A stretch of 40,000 bases of DNA from Kordiimonas sediminis (lineage in GTDB: Bacteria; Pseudomonadota; Alphaproteobacteria; Sphingomonadales; Kordiimonadaceae). Of this stretch, positions 17,428 to 26,719 are shown one piece after another (within the stretch, counting starts at the first letter, position 1; every line of letters begins with the position of its first letter). Location of the stretch: positions 925,893 through 965,892 of the forward strand of contig NZ_BNCI01000001.1 in NCBI RefSeq assembly GCF_014656395.1, read 5' to 3'. The position numbers and the translations under genes were made by a program. The notes beneath the pieces were generated by a model. It was not told the origin of the DNA and made no database searches. It saw only the letters and a program-made list of their open reading frames with translations.

Positions 17428-19464
17428 TTATTCAGCGCCCTTATATTTGTCGAACCATGCAAGGATGTTACCGATCTTCTGAACAAGATTGCTTGGTTTT
17501 GCATAGATGCCGTGGCTGGCACCAGGAATGCGAACCATTGCCGTGTCAATCTTGCGAAGTTTCAGGGCTTGGTAATATTGCTCTGTTTCGGACATTGGGG
17601 TTCTATAATCAACCTCGCCTGTCAGTAACATGGTCGGTGTCGATACATTGCCTACAAGTGATAGGGGCGAACGCTTCCAATAATGATCCGGAATATTCCA
17701 CGGCATGTCCGGGAACCAGTATTTGGTGAAATAGGGGGCCCCGTCAGCCGTTAGCGAGAAGCTGGCCCAGTTGATGACGGGTTTGGCCACAACGGCAGCC
17801 CGGAACCTGTCAGTGTTGCCAACAATCCATGCTGTCAGGACACCGCCCCCGGAACCACCTGTGACATACAGCTGATCTTCGTCGATGTAGCCTTTGGCAA
17901 CGACCTGATCGACCGCATCAATCAGATCATTATAATCTTCTGATGGATAATTATGATGGATCAGATTTGCAAACTCTGCACCGTACGATGTACTGCCCCG
18001 CGGGTTCCCGTACACAACTACATACCCTTTTGCGGCATACATTTGCACTTCTGCTGAGAACGTTGGTCCATAAGCGGAATGGGGTCCACCGTGAATTTCC
18101 AACAGCAGGGGATATTTCTTGGACGGGTCAAAGTCAGGCGGAGTGGCAATCCAGAATTGAAGGTCGCGACCATCATGGCTTGATTTGAAAGTAATTTCAC
18201 TTATCGCAGCCATTTTCTTGTGGGCAAAGACATCTTCATTCAGGCTTGTCAGTGGTGTGACACGGCCAATCCGGTCAACCACAGCCAGATCTGCCGGACG
18301 ATCGGTTCTGTTCTGCGTGAAAACGATGCGGCTGTCCCCGGCAACCGTAAAGTCACCGCTTGTATATGGACGCCCAAGCGACGTGCCGCCTACCTGATTG
18401 GTGATGATACGGCTGGACCCTGCGGTTGATGCATAGGCAACCAATGTTTTGCCGTGATCGTCGTAACTATAGTAGATACCGCGGCCATCAAGGCTCCATT
18501 CAATGCCGCTGACGCCTCTGTCCAGATCATCCGTCAGGCTTCGTTTGCTGGACCCGTCTGCATTCATTACATACAGGTTGGCATTCTGGGACGACATTAA
18601 TGTGTCATCAAAGCCAAGATAGGCGATTTTGCTACCGTCTTTTGAAACTATCGGGGCTGCATCCGGGCCTTTACGGTCAGTCAGGGCACGGTAGTCACCG
18701 GTCAGGGTATCAACAGCATAAATCTCGCTGTCGGTTTCATATTCCCAGTCCTCACTGCGGTTTGCAGACAGCACGATTGTTTTATTGTCAGCCAGCCAGC
18801 CAATAGATCCGCGGTGATGGAAATCGCCGGATGTTACCTGGCGCGGTGTGCCGCCGTCAGCCGGGACAACAAATACATGGGAAAAACCAGTGGGTACATA
18901 GCCTGACCCGTCCCGGCGGTAGGTAACGCTGTCAATAACCTTGGCGTTGCCGGCCCATGTTGCACCCTTGGGTTTTGGTGGCAGGGTAAATAGGGATGTT
19001 TGTTTGCCAGGCACGAACATGCTGAAGGCGATATGTCTGCTGTCAGGCGACCAGGACAAAGACGAGGGCGCCATTTGCAAGTCGGTCACGCGTGCTGTTT
19101 GGCCGCTATCAAGCCAGCGAACATATATTTGTGTTTTACCTTCTACCGCAGACACATAGGCCATGCGCGTTCCGTCAGGCGAAAACCGCGGCATTCTGTA
19201 ACTGGCTTTGCCAGACAAAACTGGCGTGTGTTTCGCGCCGTCCAGTGTAACGGACCAGATGTTCGACCGGGTGCTGTCGGTCATAATGTCCATGGAACGC
19301 CGTTCATAGACAACGGACTTTCCATCCGGTGCCAGCTGGGCGCCAGTTGCATATTCAAGATTGAAAATATCCTGATAGTCCATCGTTGCCGTTTCGGCAG
19401 TCGCTGCCGCAGAAAAAGCAATGGTCAGCGCCGTGGCACCTGCAAACAGGTTGCGTTTCACCAT
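17428..19464 (-). CDS. S9 family serine peptidase (beta-propeller + prolyl oligopeptidase/acylaminoacyl-peptidase catalytic domain)
   Basis: ATG 19464 is preceded by GGGGAG and gives the signal peptide MVKRNLFAGATALTIAFSAAATA. TolB-like propeller repeats. Nucleophile motif GGSGGG, later GEVDYRTP and GASHGI. Confidence 0.9.
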   Translation of the reverse strand: MVKRNLFAGATALTIAFSAAATAETATMDYQDIFNLEYATGAQLAPDGKSVVYERRSMDIMTDSTRSNIWSVTLDGAKHTPVLSGKASYRMPRFSPDGTRMAYVSAVEGKTQIYVRWLDSGQTARVTDLQMAPSSLSWSPDSRHIAFSMFVPGKQTSLFTLPPKPKGATWAGNAKVIDSVTYRRDGSGYVPTGFSHVFVVPADGGTPRQVTSGDFHHRGSIGWLADNKTIVLSANRSEDWEYETDSEIYAVDTLTGDYRALTDRKGPDAAPIVSKDGSKIAYLGFDDTLMSSQNANLYVMNADGSSKRSLTDDLDRGVSGIEWSLDGRGIYYSYDDHGKTLVAYASTAGSSRIITNQVGGTSLGRPYTSGDFTVAGDSRIVFTQNRTDRPADLAVVDRIGRVTPLTSLNEDVFAHKKMAAISEITFKSSHDGRDLQFWIATPPDFDPSKKYPLLLEIHGGPHSAYGPTFSAEVQMYAAKGYVVVYGNPRGSTSYGAEFANLIHHNYPSEDYNDLIDAVDQVVAKGYIDEDQLYVTGGSGGGVLTAWIVGNTDRFRAAVVAKPVINWASFSLTADGAPYFTKYWFPDMPWNIPDHYWKRSPLSLVGNVSTPTMLLTGEVDYRTPMSETEQYYQALKLRKIDTAMVRIPGASHGIYAKPSNLVQKIGNILAWFDKYKGAE

Positions 19465-19621
19465 TTGTCTCCCCATGTAATTATTGTTTGAAGCCGTAAC
19501 CCTACTCAATCGCGGTCTGAAATGCCAGTTCTATGAACCAGATAAATGCGAATGAAAGTCCTGTGAATACTATTTGAAAATCGCTATACAGGGGCGCACG
19601 TAAATATAGGAATGCCACAGA

Positions 19622-19837
19622 ATGCCACTGCCTTATTCAATTCTTTGTCTTGTCCTGACTTTATCCGCCGGGGGTTGGGCCTGGTACCGTGACCGGAACT
19701 ATCAGCCGGGTAATCCGTCTTTGGTTTCACCAAGTTTCGTTCTGACCATGGCCACTATTATTTCTGTTGTATTGATTGCTCAGATTTTTTCACAGCTTAC
19801 AGGGATAACGTGGGATTCGCCCTATATGCGCAGATAA
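19622..19837 (+). CDS. Hypothetical small membrane protein
   Basis: 71-aa ORF with two hydrophobic segments. No homology recognised. Confidence 0.3.
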   Translation: MPLPYSILCLVLTLSAGGWAWYRDRNYQPGNPSLVSPSFVLTMATIISVVLIAQIFSQLTGITWDSPYMRR

Positions 19838-20076
19838 GATAGCTCCGTGCATCTCTGACATGCGGTTGCGCGCTTTCTAAATCTCGGTGGAACTTATGGT
19901 TATTTGAATTTTGTGAGGGGGGGCGGAACCGCAGAATGGGGGGGGAGGTCTACGGTTCCGCTGTGATACAGTTAGATCAAGGGAGCTAATTTGCTGTATC
20001 TGGAATCACTTATACCTTACCCCATCTTAATAATGGGTAAACGGCATGGTTAAATTCAGGACGGTTGTCCAACTTT

Positions 20077-21387
20077 TTAAAACTGATAGGTTTTTTCCCG
20101 AATCCATTTGGATGCAAGCCATTTAACACCCCCGGTGACAGGGCATCCTTCATGCAGAGATTGCTCGTCAATGGTGCCGTCGTCGAGGACATTGTCAAAG
20201 ACAATTGCATCCCCTGTTTCGCCCTTATACTGATACTCGCTGCGGACAAACCGGGTTTCACCACCGTCGTATTCCTGATTTAGATATACCAGAACGGTTC
20301 GTGGGCGTTGGCCGCTGCGTTCCAGTTCGGGATTTTTGCCTTCTGCATCAGGGATCAGGCAGTCATAATGGGCCCCGTACTGCATGCCGGGTTCATAGGC
20401 AAGAATAGAGGTCATTTCGCCGTGGTCAGATGGCGCATCCCCTGCCGCGCACATAATGGCACCAGCGGCAAAGAGCACAATATCCATATCTACGGGCCAC
20501 AGGGTAACAGTGTAGGATTTTCTGTATGGGTCTTCACGCAGCGCCCCTGTTTGCGGATCGATAATGCGTGCCGGTGCAAGGCGGGGTGCCGACTGCGCGA
20601 TCAAATAGTTACAAATTTCGCGCGGGAACAGGCCCTTGATGGTCTTCACCCGTGGTCGGTCAAGTACATAGGTGGCGTCCGGTACTGGCAAACTGTCAGG
20701 TTCTGCCAGCAAGGCTTTTATGTCATCTGTTGTAATGTCGGGAATGTCGGTTACCGCAACTTCGGAAAAGTCGGGCTCCGCACTGATTTGTGGTTCGAAC
20801 TGGAAAGCAAGGGGGTGGCCCATTTGCTTGGCGTGGGCACACCATGCTTTCGCTAGGCCCGGTGTTAGCAATGTTTCACCGTGAAGAAACCGTTCAACCA
20901 AAATCATCGCGGAAATAATATCCTTACGGCTGGCAGCGGCCATAAGGAGTTGCAAAGACAGGTCATCCTGCGTCCGGTATAAGATCAGCAGAAGCGCCAG
21001 ATCGCGACACGCGCCCGCATGTCCTTCCTGAACGGTCGTCATAACGTTATTGATGGCAGCAGGCCAATTTTTTTCGCAACCGTGCCCCATCGCCTGCAAA
21101 ACGGCGTAAAGCCGGGCAGAGGCTAAATGACCTTTCGCGGCTGTGGGGGCCAGAATATTGGCGGCATGTTCAGGATTTCTGGGCACATTCAAGCCCAGCA
21201 GCGTTGATGTTGCCAGCGTATAGCGGGCATCGGCATGCCCGTTTGCGGCGGCTTTCTTCAGCAAGGCTACCGATTGCTCCCGGTGCCCTTCACCGGATAA
21301 AATGGCGGCCATTTTATACTGGGCATCGGGGTCCCCGGCTTTGGCCGCTGTGGCCAAAGCCTGCATGTCGACAGCTTGCTGTTCCAT
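20077..21387 (-). CDS. Sel1-repeat / 2OG-Fe(II) oxygenase (prolyl 4-hydroxylase-like) fusion protein
   Basis: ATG 21387 is preceded by AAGGAG (listed start 21390 is TTG). N-terminal Sel1/TPR-like repeats (AAKAGDPDAQYKMAAIL...AANGHADARYTLA). C-terminal P4H core with HxD (AHYDC), distal His (SLHEGCPV) and Lys (KWLASKW). Confidence 0.8.
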   Translation of the reverse strand: MEQQAVDMQALATAAKAGDPDAQYKMAAILSGEGHREQSVALLKKAAANGHADARYTLATSTLLGLNVPRNPEHAANILAPTAAKGHLASARLYAVLQAMGHGCEKNWPAAINNVMTTVQEGHAGACRDLALLLILYRTQDDLSLQLLMAAASRKDIISAMILVERFLHGETLLTPGLAKAWCAHAKQMGHPLAFQFEPQISAEPDFSEVAVTDIPDITTDDIKALLAEPDSLPVPDATYVLDRPRVKTIKGLFPREICNYLIAQSAPRLAPARIIDPQTGALREDPYRKSYTVTLWPVDMDIVLFAAGAIMCAAGDAPSDHGEMTSILAYEPGMQYGAHYDCLIPDAEGKNPELERSGQRPRTVLVYLNQEYDGGETRFVRSEYQYKGETGDAIVFDNVLDDGTIDEQSLHEGCPVTGGVKWLASKWIREKTYQF

Positions 21388-21414
21388 CAAATCTCCTTAA
21401 TCGGATCAGTCCTG

Positions 21415-23217
21415 TTAGACTTCGCGCATTTTCAGGGCTGCGATGAAGGCATTGTGGGGGATTTCCACCTTACCGTACATGCGCATTTTGGCTTTACCCT
21501 TCTTCTGCTTTTCCAAAAGCTTCTTCTTACGCGTTACGTCACCACCATAACATTTAGCTGTAACATCCTTACGCATGGCAGAAATTGTCTCACGTGCGAC
21601 CACCTTGCCGCCGATGGCAGCCTGAATAGGAATTTTAAAGAGCTGTCTTGGGATCAGGTCTTTAAGCCGCTCACACAGTGCCCGGCCGCGGCTTTCTGCC
21701 TGTGAACGGTGTACCAGCATTGATAACGCATCGACGGGCTCAGCGTTCACCAGAATAGACAGTTTCACCAGATCAGACTTTTCGTAGCCTGCCAGTTCAT
21801 AGTCAAAGCTCGCATACCCGCGCGAGACAGATTTCAAGCGGTCATAAAAATCATAAACCACTTCGTTGAGAGGCAGTTTATATTTCAGCATGGCACGGTT
21901 GCCGACATAGGTCATATCCTGCTGCACGCCGCGTTTGTCTTCGCACAGTTTCAGAACGGCGCCCAAATGCTCGTCTGGTACCAATATGGTCGAATCGATC
22001 CAAGGTTCTTCGATATAGTTGATTTTCACGACATCAGGCATGTCGGCCGGGTTGTGTAATTCAAGAAGCGTACCGTCTGTCATGTGAATTTTGTAAATCA
22101 CGCTTGGGCTTGTTGTGATCAGTTCCAGATCAAACTCGCGGCTCAGACGTTCCTGAATAATCTCTAGGTGCAACATGCCAAGGAAGCCGCAGCGGAAACC
22201 AAACCCAAGAGCTGCTGAGTTCTCTACTTCGAATTCAAAGCTGGCATCATTGAGACGCAGTTTGGGCAGAGCGTCCCGCAAAACTTCATATTCAGAGGTG
22301 TCGGCAGGGAACAGACCACAGAAAACAACAGACTGACTTGGCTTAAAGCCCGGTAGGGCCTGGGCACAAGGACGTTTCACTTCTGTGATGGTGTCACCAA
22401 CCTGTGTGTCGGCTACTTCCTTGATCGAGGCTGTGATAAACCCAACTTCACCTGGCCCCAATGACGGCACCATTACACCTTTAGGCGTGAACACGCCAAC
22501 ACGGTCAATCTGATGGGTGCTGTCTGCGGCCATCATTTTCACTTGCTGGCCTTTTGTCAGCGTACCATCAATGATGCGAACAAGAACAACAACACCCAGA
22601 TAACTGTCATACCAGCTGTCGACGAGCATGGCTTTCAGCGGCGCATTTGGGTCGCCCTCTGGTGCGGGCAGTCTGGTTACAATTGCTTCCAGTGTTTCCT
22701 TGATGCCGATACCAGACTTGGCAGAACAGGCAATTGCCTCTGATGCATCAATGCCGATTACATCCTCGATCTGGGTGCGGACACGTTCAGGGTCTGCGGC
22801 GGGCAGGTCAATTTTATTCAGAACCGGTACAATTTCGTGGTTATTGTCAATGGCCTGATAGACGTTTGCCAGTGTTTGTGCTTCTACACCCTGTGAGGCA
22901 TCCACAACAAGTAGCGACCCTTCACAGGCAGCAAGGCAGCGGCTGACTTCGTAGGCAAAATCAACGTGTCCGGGGGTGTCCATCAGGTTCAGCACATAAC
23001 TTTGACCGTCATCGGCCTTATACTCCAGGCGCACCGTCTGGGCCTTGATGGTGATACCGCGTTCCCGCTCAATATCCATGCTGTCAAGAACCTGGCTTTT
23101 CATTTCCCGGTCAGACAGGGCACCGGTGTTTTGAATAAGCCGGTCAGCCAGTGTGGATTTGCCGTGGTCAATGTGGGCAATGATGGAAAAGTTTCTAATA
23201 TTTTTTTGGTCGGTCAT
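21415..23217 (-). CDS. lepA: Elongation factor 4 (LepA)
   Basis: [34 protein letters not shown] GTPase motifs. 600 aa with the typical LepA C-terminus. Confidence 0.97.
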   Translation of the reverse strand: MTDQKNIRNFSIIAHIDHGKSTLADRLIQNTGALSDREMKSQVLDSMDIERERGITIKAQTVRLEYKADDGQSYVLNLMDTPGHVDFAYEVSRCLAACEGSLLVVDASQGVEAQTLANVYQAIDNNHEIVPVLNKIDLPAADPERVRTQIEDVIGIDASEAIACSAKSGIGIKETLEAIVTRLPAPEGDPNAPLKAMLVDSWYDSYLGVVVLVRIIDGTLTKGQQVKMMAADSTHQIDRVGVFTPKGVMVPSLGPGEVGFITASIKEVADTQVGDTITEVKRPCAQALPGFKPSQSVVFCGLFPADTSEYEVLRDALPKLRLNDASFEFEVENSAALGFGFRCGFLGMLHLEIIQERLSREFDLELITTSPSVIYKIHMTDGTLLELHNPADMPDVVKINYIEEPWIDSTILVPDEHLGAVLKLCEDKRGVQQDMTYVGNRAMLKYKLPLNEVVYDFYDRLKSVSRGYASFDYELAGYEKSDLVKLSILVNAEPVDALSMLVHRSQAESRGRALCERLKDLIPRQLFKIPIQAAIGGKVVARETISAMRKDVTAKCYGGDVTRKKKLLEKQKKGKAKMRMYGKVEIPHNAFIAALKMREV

Positions 23218-23291
23218 AGCCGTAATTTCAAACTACATAATAGGGTTATGATAGGGGTGCCGTACTGTTGGTTCGGCTGATTTGTTCGGTG

Positions 23292-24284
23292 CTAAAGCGG
23301 CAATACCCGGTCAGGTGGCCTGTGGCCATCGGTGTAGGCGCGAATATTGATCAACACTTTTTCACCCATGGCTTTTCTGGCCTCAATCGTTGCAGAGCCC
23401 ATGTGCGGCAAAAGAACAACATTATCCAGTTCCAGTAGTTTTGGATTAATGGTTGGTTCTTCTTCGAACACATCAAGCCCGGCCCCGGCCAGACGTCCAA
23501 CCTCAATGAGGTCGGCAAGTGCTTCTTCGTCGATAATTTCACCCCGTGCCGTATTGATGATAATAGCGTGGGGCTGCATTTTCTTTAGCCGGTCCCGGTT
23601 CAGAAGGTGATGGGTTTCTGCCGTCAGGGGACAGTTTATGGATACAAAGTCCATCCGCGACAGCATCTGGTCCAGATCATCCCAGTATGTTGCCTCCAGT
23701 TCGGCTTCTACTTTGGCCGGCAGTCGTGACCGGTTGTGATAATGAACCGAGATGTTGAAAGCCTTTGCCCGGCGGGCGATAGACTGGCCAATACGGCCCA
23801 TGCCTACAATCCCCAGACGTTTGCCCTGAATGCGGTGCCCCATCAGGAATGTCGGAGTCCAGCCGGTCCACTCGCCGCCTCGCAGGATTTTCTCACCCTC
23901 GAAAATACGGCGCGGAACTGACAGCAACAGTGCCATCGCAAGATCGGCGGTGTCTTCGGTCAGAACGCCCGGTGTATTGGTGACGGTTATGTTCTTTTCC
24001 CGTGCGGTTTTCAGGTCAATATGGTCAACGCCCGCGCCAAAGTTGGCGATCAGTTTCAACTGCTCTCCGGCCTCGGCAAGAACATCGGCATCCAGTGTAT
24101 CTGTAACCGTTGGCACCAGCACGTCAGCGATCTTCACAGCTGCGACCATTTCTTCTTTTGTGAAGGGCTCGTCTTTAAGATTAAGGGTCACATTAAAAAG
24201 TTCAGCCATGCGGGTTTCAACATCATCCGGCAGCTTGCGGGTGACGATGACTTTCGGCCGATTTGAAATTCCTGTTTGACTCAT
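23292..24284 (-). CDS. D-isomer-specific 2-hydroxyacid dehydrogenase (glyoxylate/hydroxypyruvate reductase-like)
   Basis: NAD-binding GIVGMGRIGQSIARR. Catalytic-region blocks INTARG and LPHMGSAT. 330 aa. Confidence 0.9.
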   Translation of the reverse strand: MSQTGISNRPKVIVTRKLPDDVETRMAELFNVTLNLKDEPFTKEEMVAAVKIADVLVPTVTDTLDADVLAEAGEQLKLIANFGAGVDHIDLKTAREKNITVTNTPGVLTEDTADLAMALLLSVPRRIFEGEKILRGGEWTGWTPTFLMGHRIQGKRLGIVGMGRIGQSIARRAKAFNISVHYHNRSRLPAKVEAELEATYWDDLDQMLSRMDFVSINCPLTAETHHLLNRDRLKKMQPHAIIINTARGEIIDEEALADLIEVGRLAGAGLDVFEEEPTINPKLLELDNVVLLPHMGSATIEARKAMGEKVLINIRAYTDGHRPPDRVLPL

Positions 24285-24412
24285 GCTTTAAAATAACCTT
24301 TTCTGACGGGCAATGATAGGTCGCCTGCCCATATTTATCCGCTTCTCTAGCAGATGGGCGCGTCTGTTTCAAATGTCTAATGATACGGATATCTGCGGGA
24401 TTGTAAGCGACA

Positions 24413-24904
24413 ATGCTGAAATCACTCACAACAATATTTACACTTTTGCTTTTTAGCTCCTCTGGGCTGTTGGCACAGGAGATCGGCGCCAGCGGAAATC
24501 CGATACCGCGCTTCGTGTCCCTGAAGGCAGAAAAAGCCTACATGCGAACAGGGCCTGGGCGTCAGTTTCCTATTGAATGGACATATAAGCGTAGCGGCTT
24601 ACCCCTTGAAGTTGTTGGGGAAAACGGGCCGTGGCGGAACGTACGAGATCACGAAGGTTCGACGGGCTGGATGCATCTGCGGTTACTGTCAAGTGCCCGT
24701 ACCGCCATGATTCGTGGTGGTGCTGCCCGGCTGTATGCAGACCCGAATCCAACAGAGCGGGTGACGATTCTTGCCGATGAAGGAGTTATCGGTGACATAT
24801 TGGAATGCGAAGCAAATTGGTGTGAACTGGAAATCGCAGGTGAACACGGCTGGATACAGCGGGGGCGTTTGTGGGGCGTGTACCCCGGTGAAGTGATTGA
24901 CTAG
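24413..24904 (+). CDS. Bacterial SH3 domain protein (secreted)
   Basis: Signal peptide, then PRFVSLKAEKAYMRTGPGRQFPIEWTYKRSGLPLEVVGENGPWRNVRDHEGSTGWMH and a second SH3-like half. Confidence 0.7.
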   Translation: MLKSLTTIFTLLLFSSSGLLAQEIGASGNPIPRFVSLKAEKAYMRTGPGRQFPIEWTYKRSGLPLEVVGENGPWRNVRDHEGSTGWMHLRLLSSARTAMIRGGAARLYADPNPTERVTILADEGVIGDILECEANWCELEIAGEHGWIQRGRLWGVYPGEVID

Positions 24905-24908
24905 TAGC

Positions 24909-25850
24909 ATGACAGATATTCCCGGTTTTGAGTTTATCCCGTATCAGAGCGCGTACCGTTCCGATTTCGCCCGGCTGAACATTGATTGGCTGGAAGAGTT
25001 TTTTGTCGTCGAACCCATTGATGAATTGGTGCTTCATAACCCGGAGGACTATATCCTCAACAAAGGGGGCGATATTTTCTTCGCGCTTAAAGACGGCCAA
25101 GCAGTTGGCACTGTTGCGATGAAGGCGACAGACCGTACAGGAGTGTTTGAACTTACCAAGCTTGGTGTGGACAAAAGCTGTCAGGGTGCCGGCGTTGGCG
25201 AGGCTCTGTGCCAGATGGTGTTCGACCGGTTTATAGAGGTCGGCGGCGCGCTTCTGTTTTTGGAGACCAATACCAAACTGCAACCGGCTATTCGGCTTTA
25301 TAAACGGTTGGACTTCGTCGAAAAACCTCTTCCTTCTGACACCCCTTACGAGCGGGCAAACTATTATATGGAATGGCAGGGTGCGGGGCTTACAATCCAT
25401 TCGGCAACATCGCGCCGGGATATTGCCATTGTGCGGGACTTCTTTCAGGAATACGCCCACTGGCTGGAGGCGGAAACGGGCCTGTCTCTGGCTTTTCAAG
25501 GGTTTGAGGAGGAAATGGCCGGGTTTCCAAGCAAGTATGAAACCCTGTTGCTGGCAAAATATAACAGCAGGCCTGTCGGGGCGGTTGCTCTATTGAAGCA
25601 TGATGATGCTGTGTGCGAAATGAAACGCTTGTTTGTGACACCGTCCGGGTGGGGCAAGTCTGTTGGCAAGCATCTTAGTGTTGCGGTGATGGAAGAAGCC
25701 CGCCAGCGGGGGTTCACTGTGATGTTGCTGGATAGCCTGCGCCGCCTTGAGAATGCGGTGGCGTTATACCGCGCGCTTGGGTTCGAGGAAACGGACCCCT
25801 ATAACGAAAACCCGGAAGCCGATGTGGTCTATATGAAGCGGGATTTATAG
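24909..25850 (+). CDS. Tandem GNAT-domain N-acetyltransferase
   Basis: ATG 24909 (listed start 24897 is TTG). Two acetyl-CoA-binding-like blocks: QGAGVGEAL and WGKSVGKHL. Confidence 0.8.
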   Translation: MTDIPGFEFIPYQSAYRSDFARLNIDWLEEFFVVEPIDELVLHNPEDYILNKGGDIFFALKDGQAVGTVAMKATDRTGVFELTKLGVDKSCQGAGVGEALCQMVFDRFIEVGGALLFLETNTKLQPAIRLYKRLDFVEKPLPSDTPYERANYYMEWQGAGLTIHSATSRRDIAIVRDFFQEYAHWLEAETGLSLAFQGFEEEMAGFPSKYETLLLAKYNSRPVGAVALLKHDDAVCEMKRLFVTPSGWGKSVGKHLSVAVMEEARQRGFTVMLLDSLRRLENAVALYRALGFEETDPYNENPEADVVYMKRDL

Positions 25851-25886
25851 GAACAGTACCGGCAGCGTCTGTAGACACAAAAAAGC

Positions 25887-25903
25887 CCCCGCTAGTGCAG
25901 GGG
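25887..25903. repeat. Left copy of target-site duplication CCCCGCTAGTGCAGGGG
   Basis: Identical 17-mer at 35687-35703. The unambiguous core is GCTAGTGCAGGGG; the limits are blurred by adjacent C/G runs. Confidence 0.75.
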
Positions 25904-25932
25904 GGGGTATAGTGATATCTCACAAAAAATAA
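25904..25932. repeat. Left terminal inverted repeat
   Basis: GGGGTATAGTGATATCTCACAAAAAATAA. The reverse complement of 35658-35686 is GGGGTATAGTGATATCTTACAAAAAATAA (28/29 identical). Confidence 0.85.
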
Positions 25933-25956
25933 TTCAACGTGCATCACTGTAAGATT

Positions 25957-25989
25957 AAAGCCGCTTCTCTGAAATGGAGGCGGCTTTTT
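25957..25989 (-). terminator. Hairpin/terminator downstream of the Cas1-membrane protein operon
   Basis: AAAGCCGCTTC...GGAGGCGGCTTT stem (with G-U pairs) flanked by A/T runs, ~30 nt after the stop at 26017. Confidence 0.45.
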
Positions 25990-26016
25990 CTAGTCGGAAC
26001 GAATTAGATAACAGCT

Positions 26017-26691
26017 TTACTTACGATTTGCGAACGCAGACTGTTGCAGTACTGAGCGATATTCTTTTGCCAGTTTTTCCTTCATTTCTGCCTTCAGCCG
26101 TTTTGTGATTAACCTTTTGTATTTCCACCTTTTGAGCCAGTTTATCCCGTACCCACGCAAGAACATTGAAGCTTCACCTCTTGCGGCATTTAGCAGATCA
26201 CTTGGAGCACAATTCACTTCTAGTAATTGTTCTCGTACATGCCATGCCTCCATTTTATGTGGATTGGGGGGAGAGCAAAGGTGGTTCACTATTCTTAGTC
26301 GCCATTTTACGCTGTCGTCAAAAGCAATGACAGCGGCCCTTAGTGCATCAAGTTCAGCCTTGGCAGCATTCAATTTACTTATAAATGGTTTTAAACCGCT
26401 AATAATTTCCTCAAGCAATTTAACAAGTTCATTTTCAAGCTGTTGATCATAAGGTTTGCCTGATGTGTATAGACTGACAAGTTCATCCCCCAACTTTTTC
26501 GACATAGAGATCGATAGTATTGTCTTATCTTTAACATCAGTGTCCAAATACTCAAAAACCGCTGTTGCCAAATCAATTGACGCTTGGCCTCGGTTTTTAA
26601 ATAACCAGTAGTCTTTAATCCAAACAATCCAGATTAATATTATACCTCCAATTATTGAGGCTATAATTGCGCCTATCGTTAAGCCTTCCAT
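26017..26691 (-). CDS. Hypothetical membrane-anchored coiled-coil protein (element cargo)
   Basis: Best start is ATG 26691 (GAGGG 5 nt upstream), giving MEGLTIGAIIASIIGGIILIWIVWI (TM). The listed start 26733 is TTG and overlaps cas1. AT-rich. No family recognised. Confidence 0.5.
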   Translation of the reverse strand: MEGLTIGAIIASIIGGIILIWIVWIKDYWLFKNRGQASIDLATAVFEYLDTDVKDKTILSISMSKKLGDELVSLYTSGKPYDQQLENELVKLLEEIISGLKPFISKLNAAKAELDALRAAVIAFDDSVKWRLRIVNHLCSPPNPHKMEAWHVREQLLEVNCAPSDLLNAARGEASMFLRGYGINWLKRWKYKRLITKRLKAEMKEKLAKEYRSVLQQSAFANRK

Positions 26692-26719
26692 TTGCACCCT
26701 CATCCCAATTAGATCAAGT

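Noticed and set aside
19917-19945. G7/G8 runs considered as a stray copy of the element terminus (which also carries G8/C8)
   Set aside because: Beyond the G run there is no similarity to the TIR sequence TATAGTGATATCT.
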